Assembly (NCBI GenBank): GCA_964344145.1
Contig: CAYFME010000007.1
Coordinates: forward strand, 2-64,001
DNA: 64,000 bases
Direction of reading: 5' to 3'
From: an uncultured Gammaproteobacteria bacterium
Lineage (GTDB): Bacteria > Patescibacteriota > Patescibacteriia > UBA9934
Shown here: positions 1 through 6,828 of the stretch, piece after piece
Numbering within the stretch: the first letter of the stretch is position 1
How the letters are laid out: the number at the start of each line of letters is the position of its first letter
Translations under genes and position numbers: made by a program
The notes under the pieces: model-generated
Databases searched by the model: none
What the model saw: only the letters and a program-made list of their open reading frames with translations
Told to the model about the DNA's origin: nothing

Positions 1-637
1 CGGTCAAAAAGCCCGGACCAGCGATGACGGTTTCGTTCTCGCCAAATGATACGTCCGAGATCGTACTGTTTGTCGTCCAGATGAGCGTTGTCGGTTGTGC
101 GGCATTGTTGAGATCCTCGAGCGCTTTGTGTATCCGAGCCCCCCTTGCCCCCCATGACTGGGGGGTCCTCTGCGCCTCCCCTCCAGCTATGGAGGGGCCG
201 GGGGAGGCTGGGTCGCTCGTGACGATGTTAATCAACGTCTCTCCAGTGCTCGTCGAGCGAATAACAGCGTAGCGTAGCAAGCCGGTATGCGTTTTGCGAT
301 CAAAGAAACTCAGTCCTGCCGTCTTGGTCCACGACCGAACATCGGCAAATAGCTTTTCGATTTTTTCATCAGCAAGAAAACAGGTGTGATTATCGATCAC
401 GCGCCACCATTTTCCTTTCTCGCGCATGCCAACGAGTCCTTCAAAGTTGATCACAAAGTCCATCCGATTGCGATAGTGCTCGGTGATAGGTGAGGGAATG
501 ATGGTTTCGCATTGCAGGTCGAGTTCCTTCAGTCCAAACGAACCATTAATATCCGACAGCTTTTGCTGCAGCTGTTTGTCGTAGGGAATATGTGACCAGC
601 GACACGAACCGCAGAGTTCTGGATTTGGGCAAGGCAT
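1..637 (-). CDS. RumA/RlmD-like RNA (uracil-5)-methyltransferase, N-terminal part (gene continues past window start)
   Basis: Minus-strand translation from ATG at 635-637 gives MPCPNPELCGSCRWSHIPYDKQL (CxxC Fe-S motif) ...YRNRMDFVINF...IWTTNSTISDVSFGENETVIAGPGFLT, matching the RumA family pattern. The partial ORF is absent from the track. It contains an in-frame palindromic insert (138-212). Confidence 0.5.
   Translation of the reverse strand, partial: MPCPNPELCGSCRWSHIPYDKQLQQKLSDINGSFGLKELDLQCETIIPSPITEHYRNRMDFVINFEGLVGMREKGKWWRVIDNHTCFLADEKIEKLFADVRSWTKTAGLSFFDRKTHTGLLRYAVIRSTSTGETLINIVTSDPASPGPSIAGGEAQRTPQSWGARGARIHKALEDLNNAAQPTTLIWTTNSTISDVSFGENETVIAGPGFLT
138..212. repeat. Family-1 two-hairpin palindromic element, solo copy, in-frame inside the rumA-like CDS
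   Basis: Sequence gagccccccttgccccccatgactggggggtcctctgcgcctcccctccagctatggaggggccgggggaggctgg contains two hairpins (ccccccatgactgggggg and cccctccagctatggagggg). It is homologous to 5324-5399, 1768-1807 and 2183-2220. It adds ~24 codons (PASPGPSIAGGEAQRTPQSWGARGA) without breaking the frame. Confidence 0.7.
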
Positions 638-699
638 AGGTATGTGTAAGCACGAGCGCCGATCTCTTCGTGGAGACCGGCGTCACGGACGTTGCGTTG

Positions 700-1053
700 T
701 CAGGAGATGGCGGCGTTGTGCTGCTCGAGCATCGACACGAGCTCGCCCCAGGTGCGCGGGAACTTCGGCAGTCCGATGATCTCGCCATCGCGCCCGATCT
801 GCAGACCGCAGCGGACGTCACCGTCGCCCTTGGGCCAGATCGAGACCTCTTGGCGGTCCTCCGTGTGCCCCACGAGCGTCCGGAAGTTGCGCGTGGGCCA
901 GGACGGGTGAGGTCCGTCGCACTGGCTGTCGAGTCGCTTGTCCGCCCCCAGCAGAACGGTGACGTTGCCAACGCGAACGAAGTTGATCAGGTCAGGATGC
1001 GGCACTGCCAGCCTCCTTCGGCTTGGGCAACAGGCTGCGGGCGTCCTCTGCAC
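700..1053 (-). CDS. hypothetical protein in GC-rich insertion (possibly a frameshifted part of one gene with 992..1402)
   Basis: The 117 aa ORF has protein-like composition (HPDLINFVRVGNVTVLLGADKRL...). It lies in a ~63% GC segment with five mutually overlapping ORFs, so the call is uncertain. Confidence 0.25.
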   Translation of the reverse strand: MQRTPAACCPSRRRLAVPHPDLINFVRVGNVTVLLGADKRLDSQCDGPHPSWPTRNFRTLVGHTEDRQEVSIWPKGDGDVRCGLQIGRDGEIIGLPKFPRTWGELVSMLEQHNAAIS

Positions 1054-1402
1054 GGTTGAGCCCGATGACGCTGACCAGCTCGAGCTCGACGAGGAGGTAG
1101 GCCATCAGCAGGCCGAAGGTGTCGGCCCAGATGGGCACGGGGATGCTGATCCCGAGCTCCTCGATCACCAGGTAGAAGACCTTGCCATTGCCGGGCTTGG
1201 CCATCACGCGGTACGCGACGCTGTCGGTCTGGCCGGGGTTCACGTGGTAGATGCCGATGCACTTGCGGTTGCCCACGGGCAGCGGCTCGTCCCAGGCGAC
1301 GTCGTAGGACAGCTCGCCCTTCGGATGCGTGGCCGGCCGGAACCAGTCGCCATGTTTGGTGATCTGGATGCCCTCGATCGTTTCTGGCACACGGTGAGCC
1401 AT
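992..1402 (-). CDS. hypothetical protein in GC-rich insertion
   Basis: The 136 aa ORF (HVNPGQTDSVAYRVMAKPGNGKVFYLVIEELGI...) overlaps 700..1053 in another frame. The C-terminal 40 aa look like frameshift read-through. Confidence 0.3.
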   Translation of the reverse strand: MAHRVPETIEGIQITKHGDWFRPATHPKGELSYDVAWDEPLPVGNRKCIGIYHVNPGQTDSVAYRVMAKPGNGKVFYLVIEELGISIPVPIWADTFGLLMAYLLVELELVSVIGLNRAEDARSLLPKPKEAGSAAS

Positions 1403-1446
1403 CTGGCCTCCATCTATGGCATGTTCCGCAATGAGAGTAGCAAATA

Positions 1447-1474
1447 TTGGAAAAAAAGCAATAATAGGTATACT
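1447..1474 (+). promoter_or_regulatory. sigma70-like promoter for trmH (TTGGAA -16/17- TATACT)
   Basis: ttggaa at 1447-1452 and tatact at 1469-1474. The ATG at 1485 follows 10 nt after. Confidence 0.4.
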
Positions 1475-1484
1475 AGCGTCGACT

Positions 1485-2393
1485 ATGATCGTGATTGCTC
1501 ACAATATTCGCAGTCTGCACAACGTAGGGGCGATTTTTCGTAATGCGGCAGCATTTGGTGTTGAAACATTGTATTTGACCGGTATCACCGCCACGCCTCC
1601 TCGCAAAGAGATCGCCAAAGTTGCGCTCGGAGCACAGGACTTGGTCGACTGGGAGCAGGGGGATGTGGCACATGTGATTGATACGTTGCGTCAAGATGGG
1701 TATCGAGTGTTTGGCTTAGAAGCGGGCGAAGACGCGATTCCGATCGAGGACTTCGCTCGAGAATGCGCCCCCTCCGGCTCCCCCATAACTGGGGGAGGGA
1801 CTCCACGGTCCTCGATCTACCACGGTTCTCGTAAAGAAAAAAGGCGACTTCGCGGTAGTCTGGACTTAAAGTCCATCGCCCAGGAGATGCGGCGCGACCC
1901 AACTCCCGCTGAGCGTGAACTCTGGCAATATCTTCGACGCAAGCAAGTGCTTGGTTATAAATTCCGACGCCAGCACGGTATCGGTCCTTTTATTGTTGAT
2001 TTTTATTGTGATCGCGCGCGCTTGATTATAGAAGTCGACGGAGATATCCACGATGAATCGGAGAACGTGAAGCGCGATGCATTTCGCCAGCAGATGCTTG
2101 AGGACATCGGATATACTGTTATTCGGTTTCGGAATAAGGAGGTTCTTACTGATCCGGACGCGGTTATTGCACGGATCACCATGTGTCTCCCCTCCAGTTA
2201 TGGAGGGGCAGGGGGAGGCGAGTTTCATGGACGGAACATCGCCCTCGTCCTCGGAAACGAAGTAGACGGTATTGATGCGGATGTTCTTGAGTTGCTTGAT
2301 GGTTTGGTGGAGATTCCAATGGACAAAAAACGTTCGCTCAATGTTTCCGTTGCGTCCGGTGTTGCTATGTACGCGTTTGGGGTCAGGTCTTGA
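1485..2393 (+). CDS. trmH: SpoU/TrmH-family (TrmL-like) RNA 2'-O-methyltransferase interrupted in-frame by a 151-codon mobile insertion
   Basis: N-terminal IVIAHNIRSLHNVGAIFRNAAAFGVETLYL and C-terminal HGRNIALVLGNEVDGI...EIPMDKKRSLNVSVASGVAMYAF match the SpoU motifs. The track ORF 1416..2393 gives a 325 aa product versus ~160 aa for TrmL. The start is probably at 1485, downstream of the promoter. Confidence 0.65.
   Translation: MIVIAHNIRSLHNVGAIFRNAAAFGVETLYLTGITATPPRKEIAKVALGAQDLVDWEQGDVAHVIDTLRQDGYRVFGLEAGEDAIPIEDFARECAPSGSPITGGGTPRSSIYHGSRKEKRRLRGSLDLKSIAQEMRRDPTPAERELWQYLRRKQVLGYKFRRQHGIGPFIVDFYCDRARLIIEVDGDIHDESENVKRDAFRQQMLEDIGYTVIRFRNKEVLTDPDAVIARITMCLPSSYGGAGGGEFHGRNIALVLGNEVDGIDADVLELLDGLVEIPMDKKRSLNVSVASGVAMYAFGVRS
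1768..2220 (+). mobile_element. Family-1 palindromic element carrying a DUF559 (Vsr-like PD-(D/E)xK) endonuclease module, inserted in-frame in trmH
   Basis: The A hairpin half (1768-1807) and B hairpin half (2183-2220) are abutted in the cargo-less copy at 5324-5399. Here they bracket 375 bp encoding PTPAERELWQYLRRKQVLGYKFRRQHGIGPFIVDFYCDRARLIIEVDGDIHDESENVKRDAFRQQMLEDIGYTVIRFRNKEV, a DUF559 signature with D and ExD residues intact. Total length is 453 bp, or 151 codons. Confidence 0.7.
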
Positions 2394-2457
2394 ATCTTGA
2401 ATTATGGCGTTTCAAACGGAAAAAATCACATCAATTCAAGATTCAAGACCTGACCCC
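2379..2457. repeat. 25-bp perfect inverted repeat (ggggtcaggtcttgaatcttgaatt / aattcaagattcaagacctgacccc) with a 29-nt loop, spanning the trmH stop and GT2 start
   Basis: Arms at 2379-2403 and 2433-2457 are exact reverse complements. The loop begins with the ATG at 2404. Confidence 0.6.
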
Positions 2458-3168
2458 ATCTTGTCGATCGTTATTCCGACGTTGAATGAGGAAGAGCTCC
2501 TTCCGGATTTGTTGACGTCCATTGCCATGCAGACGATCCAGCCAGAAGTGATTGTCGCGGATGCGGATTCGTCTGATCGTACGCGCGAGATCGCACACGG
2601 CTTTGGCGCACGTGTGGTCGACGGTGGGCTGCCGGCTGTTGGACGAAATGCAGGAGCGGCTGTAGCAAAAGGAGAGATCATTCTCTTTCTGGATGCTGAC
2701 GTCTTTTTGCCAGACGATCATTTTCTCTCACGTCTTCTTTACGAGTTTACAACACGCCCGCTCGACATCGCTACGGCTGACATCATCCCGGAAAGTGAAA
2801 AGAAGTATGACCGCTTCTCGTTTTGGGTGTATAATAGATATGTTCGTTTATGGGGTGCGCGCCATGCGCACGCGCCCGGATTCTTCATTGTCATCAGGCG
2901 CGCGCTGCACGAGAAGACCGACGGGTTTGATGAAACGATTGTCTTTTGTGAAGATCACGAATACGCCGGCCGCGCGGCCAAGCACGGTCGCTTTGGACTA
3001 CTCAACTCAGTTCAGATTCCAACGTCTGTGCGTCGCTTCGACAAAGATGGCCGTTGGACAATTGCGCGTAAGTTTCTAAAGGCTGAGTGGCATCTTCTGT
3101 TCAAAGGACCAATCCGCGACGACCGATTTCATTACACCTTTGGCTATGGCCCTTCGCGAAAAAAATAG
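2404..3168 (+). CDS. family 2 glycosyltransferase
   Basis: The product carries the N-terminal GT-A signatures SIVIPTLNEEELLPDLLTSIAMQT and ILFLDADV. The true start may be the TTG near 2461, after the hairpin. Confidence 0.7.
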   Translation: MAFQTEKITSIQDSRPDPILSIVIPTLNEEELLPDLLTSIAMQTIQPEVIVADADSSDRTREIAHGFGARVVDGGLPAVGRNAGAAVAKGEIILFLDADVFLPDDHFLSRLLYEFTTRPLDIATADIIPESEKKYDRFSFWVYNRYVRLWGARHAHAPGFFIVIRRALHEKTDGFDETIVFCEDHEYAGRAAKHGRFGLLNSVQIPTSVRRFDKDGRWTIARKFLKAEWHLLFKGPIRDDRFHYTFGYGPSRKK

Positions 3169-3832
3169 ACTGTTCGACAAACAACAGGTGAAACACAAAG
3201 AAGTGATCGAGAAACTGGTCACGGAAAGTTCGCCTCGCAAGACGTTTTTGGTGTTGATTTTTATTTCGAGCATTATCGCGGCGCTCGGGTTGTTGAATGA
3301 TAGCGCAGCGATTGTGATCGGCGCGATGTTGGTGGCGCCGTTGTTGTGGCCGGTGTTGGGACTGAGTATGGGTGCGCTTCTGATCGACGGTCGTATGTTA
3401 CGCCTCTCAGCATTTAGCATCGCCGCATCCGTGGTTATCGCGGTTGGCACGGCGATGGTGATTACGTTTTTTTATGTGCCACTTGGGGCATCGCACGAGA
3501 TTTTGCAGCAAACCAACTTTGGATTCATGATCCCGATTGCGATCGCCGCTGGAGCGGCTGCCGCGTTTGCCATTTGTTACGAGAATGTTAAAGAGGTCGT
3601 TACGGGTATTGCCATCTCCGTTGCGTTGTTGCCGCCGCTTGTGACGATCGGCATCGGCATTGGTGGAACGGACTGGGATCTAATGCGTGATGCTGCACAG
3701 CTGTTTGGTATCAACCTCGTAGGCATCATCTTAACCACGTTCGTTATTTTCTTGCTGCTGGGATTCCAGAGCTACCGACGTACGCTCGAGTCCGCAGTGA
3801 AACGTGAGGAAAAAATTCTCAAAGAGAAATAG
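3140..3832 (+). CDS. integral membrane protein (DUF389/TIGR00341-like)
   Basis: The protein is multi-TM and carries the motif AMLVAPLLWPVLG. Confidence 0.5.
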   Translation: MAMALREKNRLFDKQQVKHKEVIEKLVTESSPRKTFLVLIFISSIIAALGLLNDSAAIVIGAMLVAPLLWPVLGLSMGALLIDGRMLRLSAFSIAASVVIAVGTAMVITFFYVPLGASHEILQQTNFGFMIPIAIAAGAAAAFAICYENVKEVVTGIAISVALLPPLVTIGIGIGGTDWDLMRDAAQLFGINLVGIILTTFVIFLLLGFQSYRRTLESAVKREEKILKEK

Positions 3833-3840
3833 GGAGGAAC

Positions 3841-4749
3841 ATGGCTTCTACAATCAAAGGCAAATCATTCACATGGCATCATATCCCGGCGCTTGCTGAG
3901 GGGGATTTTGCGTATCTGGAAAAGCACTTCAAGTTTCATCCGTTGGATTTTGATGATCTTCGAGACGACACGGCATTGCCAAAGCTTGATGTGTACAAGT
4001 ACTACTTGTTTTCCGTCCTGGCCATTCCTCAATACGATGCGGAAAAGCAACTGGTGAGCAAACAGGACTTGGCGATTTTCATTGGTCCAGATTATGTTGT
4101 GACGGTTGGTCGTACTCAGATCGATGCGGTTGATCGATTTTTCGCGCGAGCGAATCGCAGCACGGGACTCAGGCGCGATGCGCTTGGGAAGTCGACCGGC
4201 TACTTTTTGTACAAGTTGCTCGACTATGTCTTCCGCGACGCAAAGATCATCTTGCACGAGCTTACGCGTGAAACACGCCAGATCGAGACGAACGTCTACG
4301 AACACCAGTCGCGTGGAACAACGGAGCGATTGGGAATCATGAAGCGCAACTTGTTGTTCTTGCAACACGTGATTGATCCACAACGATTGCTGATTCACCA
4401 GTTCCTTAACTCGCGCAAGAAGTTTATTCCAAAGGATTTGGATGTCTATTTTGATGATGTGAAAGATACGCTTGATAGCATTTGGATCATCACAGAAAAC
4501 TTGAAGAACATCATTGACAGTTTGTTTGATGTGAATGAGGCGATCTTGTCGCACCGAACAAACCAAATCATTCGCTGGCTTACGATTATCTCGGTCATTT
4601 TGATGCCGCCAACGTTGATCGCAAGTTACTACGGCATGAACGTCAGTGGTCTGCCGTTTGCTGAAAGTATCGATATTGTGAGTGGAGTGATTCTCGTTTC
4701 GGTGTTTGCATTCGTCCTGTTCGTTTTGTGGATTGATAAGAGAAAGTAG
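3841..4749 (+). CDS. corA: CorA-family Mg2+/Co2+ transporter
   Basis: The YGMN (GMN) motif sits before two C-terminal TM helices. Length is 302 aa. Confidence 0.8.
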   Translation: MASTIKGKSFTWHHIPALAEGDFAYLEKHFKFHPLDFDDLRDDTALPKLDVYKYYLFSVLAIPQYDAEKQLVSKQDLAIFIGPDYVVTVGRTQIDAVDRFFARANRSTGLRRDALGKSTGYFLYKLLDYVFRDAKIILHELTRETRQIETNVYEHQSRGTTERLGIMKRNLLFLQHVIDPQRLLIHQFLNSRKKFIPKDLDVYFDDVKDTLDSIWIITENLKNIIDSLFDVNEAILSHRTNQIIRWLTIISVILMPPTLIASYYGMNVSGLPFAESIDIVSGVILVSVFAFVLFVLWIDKRK

Positions 4750-4750
4750 T

Positions 4751-5323
4751 ATGTCTCGCCCGATTCCTGTCGACATCGTGCCGTCCCATGTGTATCTCAG
4801 CCAAGACGATCAGCTGACCTTGTTTGGGCCGGGATATGCGATGACGATCGAGGGTGAGCTCACGCAAAGTGGTCAACATTACTATGAGGAGACCGTGGAT
4901 GTATTTGGACGACTGAAGCGTTCGCTCTCGCTGCGCGTGCTTGGCCCGGCGTGGGAGCATAGTTTTGCCGAACTCACGCCAACGGAAGCAGCGTTTTTAG
5001 GAATGAGTGCGAAGGAAGGGCGCTCAGGAGATCTGGCCGGCGCGGCTGCTTGTCGATTTGTTGGTCCAGCGGGAGAGGTGTCGTTGAAGCAAGGGGTGAT
5101 CATCAGTCAGCCGCATCTGCGTTGCTCTCCTCAAGACGCTCGATCGTTTCATATTAGCAATGGTGACGAGGTTACGATTGAGATCATCGGCAATCATCCT
5201 CGGCGTGTGAGTGGAGTGATTGTGCGCGTGCATCCAACGTTCAAGCTGCAGGTAGATCTTCATGCGGATCATGCTCGCGATCTGTGGATTACTCGACCAA
5301 TACATGCGCGCCTTGTTTCGTAG
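4751..5323 (+). CDS. pduL: PduL/EutD-type phosphate acyltransferase
   Basis: Two tandem repeats with the H.LS..D...FG pattern (PSHVYLSQDDQLTLFG and SQPHLRCSPQDARSFH) are present. The ATG at 4751 overlaps the corA stop. Confidence 0.6.
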   Translation: MSRPIPVDIVPSHVYLSQDDQLTLFGPGYAMTIEGELTQSGQHYYEETVDVFGRLKRSLSLRVLGPAWEHSFAELTPTEAAFLGMSAKEGRSGDLAGAAACRFVGPAGEVSLKQGVIISQPHLRCSPQDARSFHISNGDEVTIEIIGNHPRRVSGVIVRVHPTFKLQVDLHADHARDLWITRPIHARLVS

Positions 5324-5399
5324 CCCCCTCCGGCTCCCCCATAGCTGGGGGAGAGACTCCACGTGTCACCCCTCCAGTCATGGAGGGGCAGGGGGAGGC
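5324..5399. repeat. Family-1 palindromic element, intergenic cargo-less copy (A+B hairpins adjacent)
   Basis: Sequence ccccctccggctcccccatagctgggggagagactccacgtgtcacccctccagtcatggaggggcagggggaggcc starts at the pduL stop codon. Confidence 0.7.
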
Positions 5400-5416
5400 C
5401 GTGATATACTTTTCTT

Positions 5417-6697
5417 ATGAAACGATTTTTCATCATTGCAGCACTGCTGTTTGCCGCACCGACGGTTACTTTCGCGGCAACGGATCTTGAGCTTCGGTCG
5501 TCTCATACGCGTTTTTCAACCGATACGTTTTTGGTTGGTGAGGAAGTGCGCATTTATGCGACCGTGCGCAACGTCGGCGATGTTGATACGACGGGTTACG
5601 TGGCGTTTTATTATAGTGATTCGTTGCTTGGGAGAAGTCAGGTTGTGACGGTGGTTGCCGATGGAAACGACGAGGAGGTGTGGACGGACTTCACGGTCCC
5701 GTCTGATCCGTTCAATATTTATATTCAGATCGACAGCACGTCGCCGCAGGACGAAGATCTTTCAAACAACGCGTATCTCACACCGCTCTATACGCCGATC
5801 TATGATCAAGATGGCGATGGAGTAGAGGATGAGTCGGATAACTGCCCATCAAACGCCAATGCCAGTCAGACGGACACCGACGGCGATGGATTGGGAGATG
5901 CCTGTGACGATGATGATGACAACGATGGTATTGACGACGATGTTGAGGAAGAGATTGGCACCGATCCGCAGGATGCCGACACGGATGACGATGGCGTTGA
6001 GGATGCGCAAGACGCTTTTCCAACGGATAGCAGTCGAACAGAGGAGGAGGTCGTCATTGAGGAGGTCGAAGAGGTTGTAGAAGAGGTGATAGTGGACGAA
6101 CAGGAGTCCACCGATGAGGCTGAGGCCTCAGAGGGCGTTTCAGATGCAGATGATCATTCAGATGATGCGGAGCCTGCCGAGGAATCTGTCTCCGTTGACA
6201 CACCGCTGATTGAACGCGCGTCTGGATCTATTTTAAACGTCTCACCTGATTCGTCGTTTGTCTATGTGCGGCGCGACTGGAAGACGTATGAGTTCGAGGC
6301 ACTCACACCCGAAGGATCGTATGCATCGCTGCAGTGGGATTTTGGGGATGGGACGAGCTCGGTGCAGCGTACGATTTCGCATTCGTTCCTCAAACCAGGA
6401 AGTTACGAGGTGACCCTTACGGTCACGGACGCGGATGGGAACGAAACAGCTGACACGCAAGAAATTGATATTTCACTGTTCCATCTTGCGAATCCGATGA
6501 TTCAGATGGTTTTGGGCATTCTGTTGATCTTGTTGATCCTCTCAACCATGGCGTTGCGACGAGCACATCGTGCGGTTGAGGAAGCAGACGAGAAGATGAA
6601 AGCGGCGGCGAGAAAGCCGAGAGCGAAGAAGCAAGCAGTAAAGAAGAAGGCTCCGGCACGAAAGAAGTCACAAAAAAGTGAATCAAAAAAGAAGTAA
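5417..6697 (+). CDS. cell-surface protein with thrombospondin type-3-like Ca-binding repeats, a PKD-like domain, a C-terminal TM anchor and a Lys-rich tail
   Basis: A signal peptide [20 protein letters not shown] is followed by DxDxDG repeats ([39 protein letters not shown]). A PKD-like segment [16 protein letters not shown] is also present. The tail is a TM helix plus K-rich sequence. Confidence 0.6.
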   Translation: MKRFFIIAALLFAAPTVTFAATDLELRSSHTRFSTDTFLVGEEVRIYATVRNVGDVDTTGYVAFYYSDSLLGRSQVVTVVADGNDEEVWTDFTVPSDPFNIYIQIDSTSPQDEDLSNNAYLTPLYTPIYDQDGDGVEDESDNCPSNANASQTDTDGDGLGDACDDDDDNDGIDDDVEEEIGTDPQDADTDDDGVEDAQDAFPTDSSRTEEEVVIEEVEEVVEEVIVDEQESTDEAEASEGVSDADDHSDDAEPAEESVSVDTPLIERASGSILNVSPDSSFVYVRRDWKTYEFEALTPEGSYASLQWDFGDGTSSVQRTISHSFLKPGSYEVTLTVTDADGNETADTQEIDISLFHLANPMIQMVLGILLILLILSTMALRRAHRAVEEADEKMKAAARKPRAKKQAVKKKAPARKKSQKSESKKK

Positions 6698-6828
6698 CCT
6701 AAGAACTTCCCTATTTGAGGCTAGTTTCGGTGCGCGGCGAGCACCGAAGTAAGACGACCTTCACCGGTCGTTGTCGAGGAGCACAGCCGCAAGCCGAAAA
6801 TAGACCAAATAGGGAAGTTCTGACTAAC
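6698..6828. repeat. structured intergenic element closed by a 16-bp perfect inverted repeat (agaacttccctatttg / caaatagggaagttct) with internal GC-rich hairpins
   Basis: Arms lie at 6702-6717 and 6806-6821. The interior holds ttcggtgc-gcggcga-gcaccgaa and cgacc-...-ggtcg hairpins. The element sits between the surface-protein stop and the murJ ATG (6829). Confidence 0.4.

Noticed and set aside
24-272. Track ORF 24..272 (+) containing PLAPHDWGVLCASPPAMEGPGEAGS
   Set aside because: It is the antisense translation of the Family-1 palindromic element embedded in the minus-strand rumA-like gene. The same peptide motifs recur wherever the repeat occurs (also ORF 5284..5490).
1416-1484. N-terminal extension of trmH from the track start 1416
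   Set aside because: It would place the TTGGAA/TATACT promoter inside the gene. The SpoU alignment begins at MIVIAHNIR (ATG 1485).
6715-6828. N-terminal extension of murJ (track start 6715)
   Set aside because: It reads through the structured inverted-repeat element. MurJ homology starts at MFSWLSGKS (6829).
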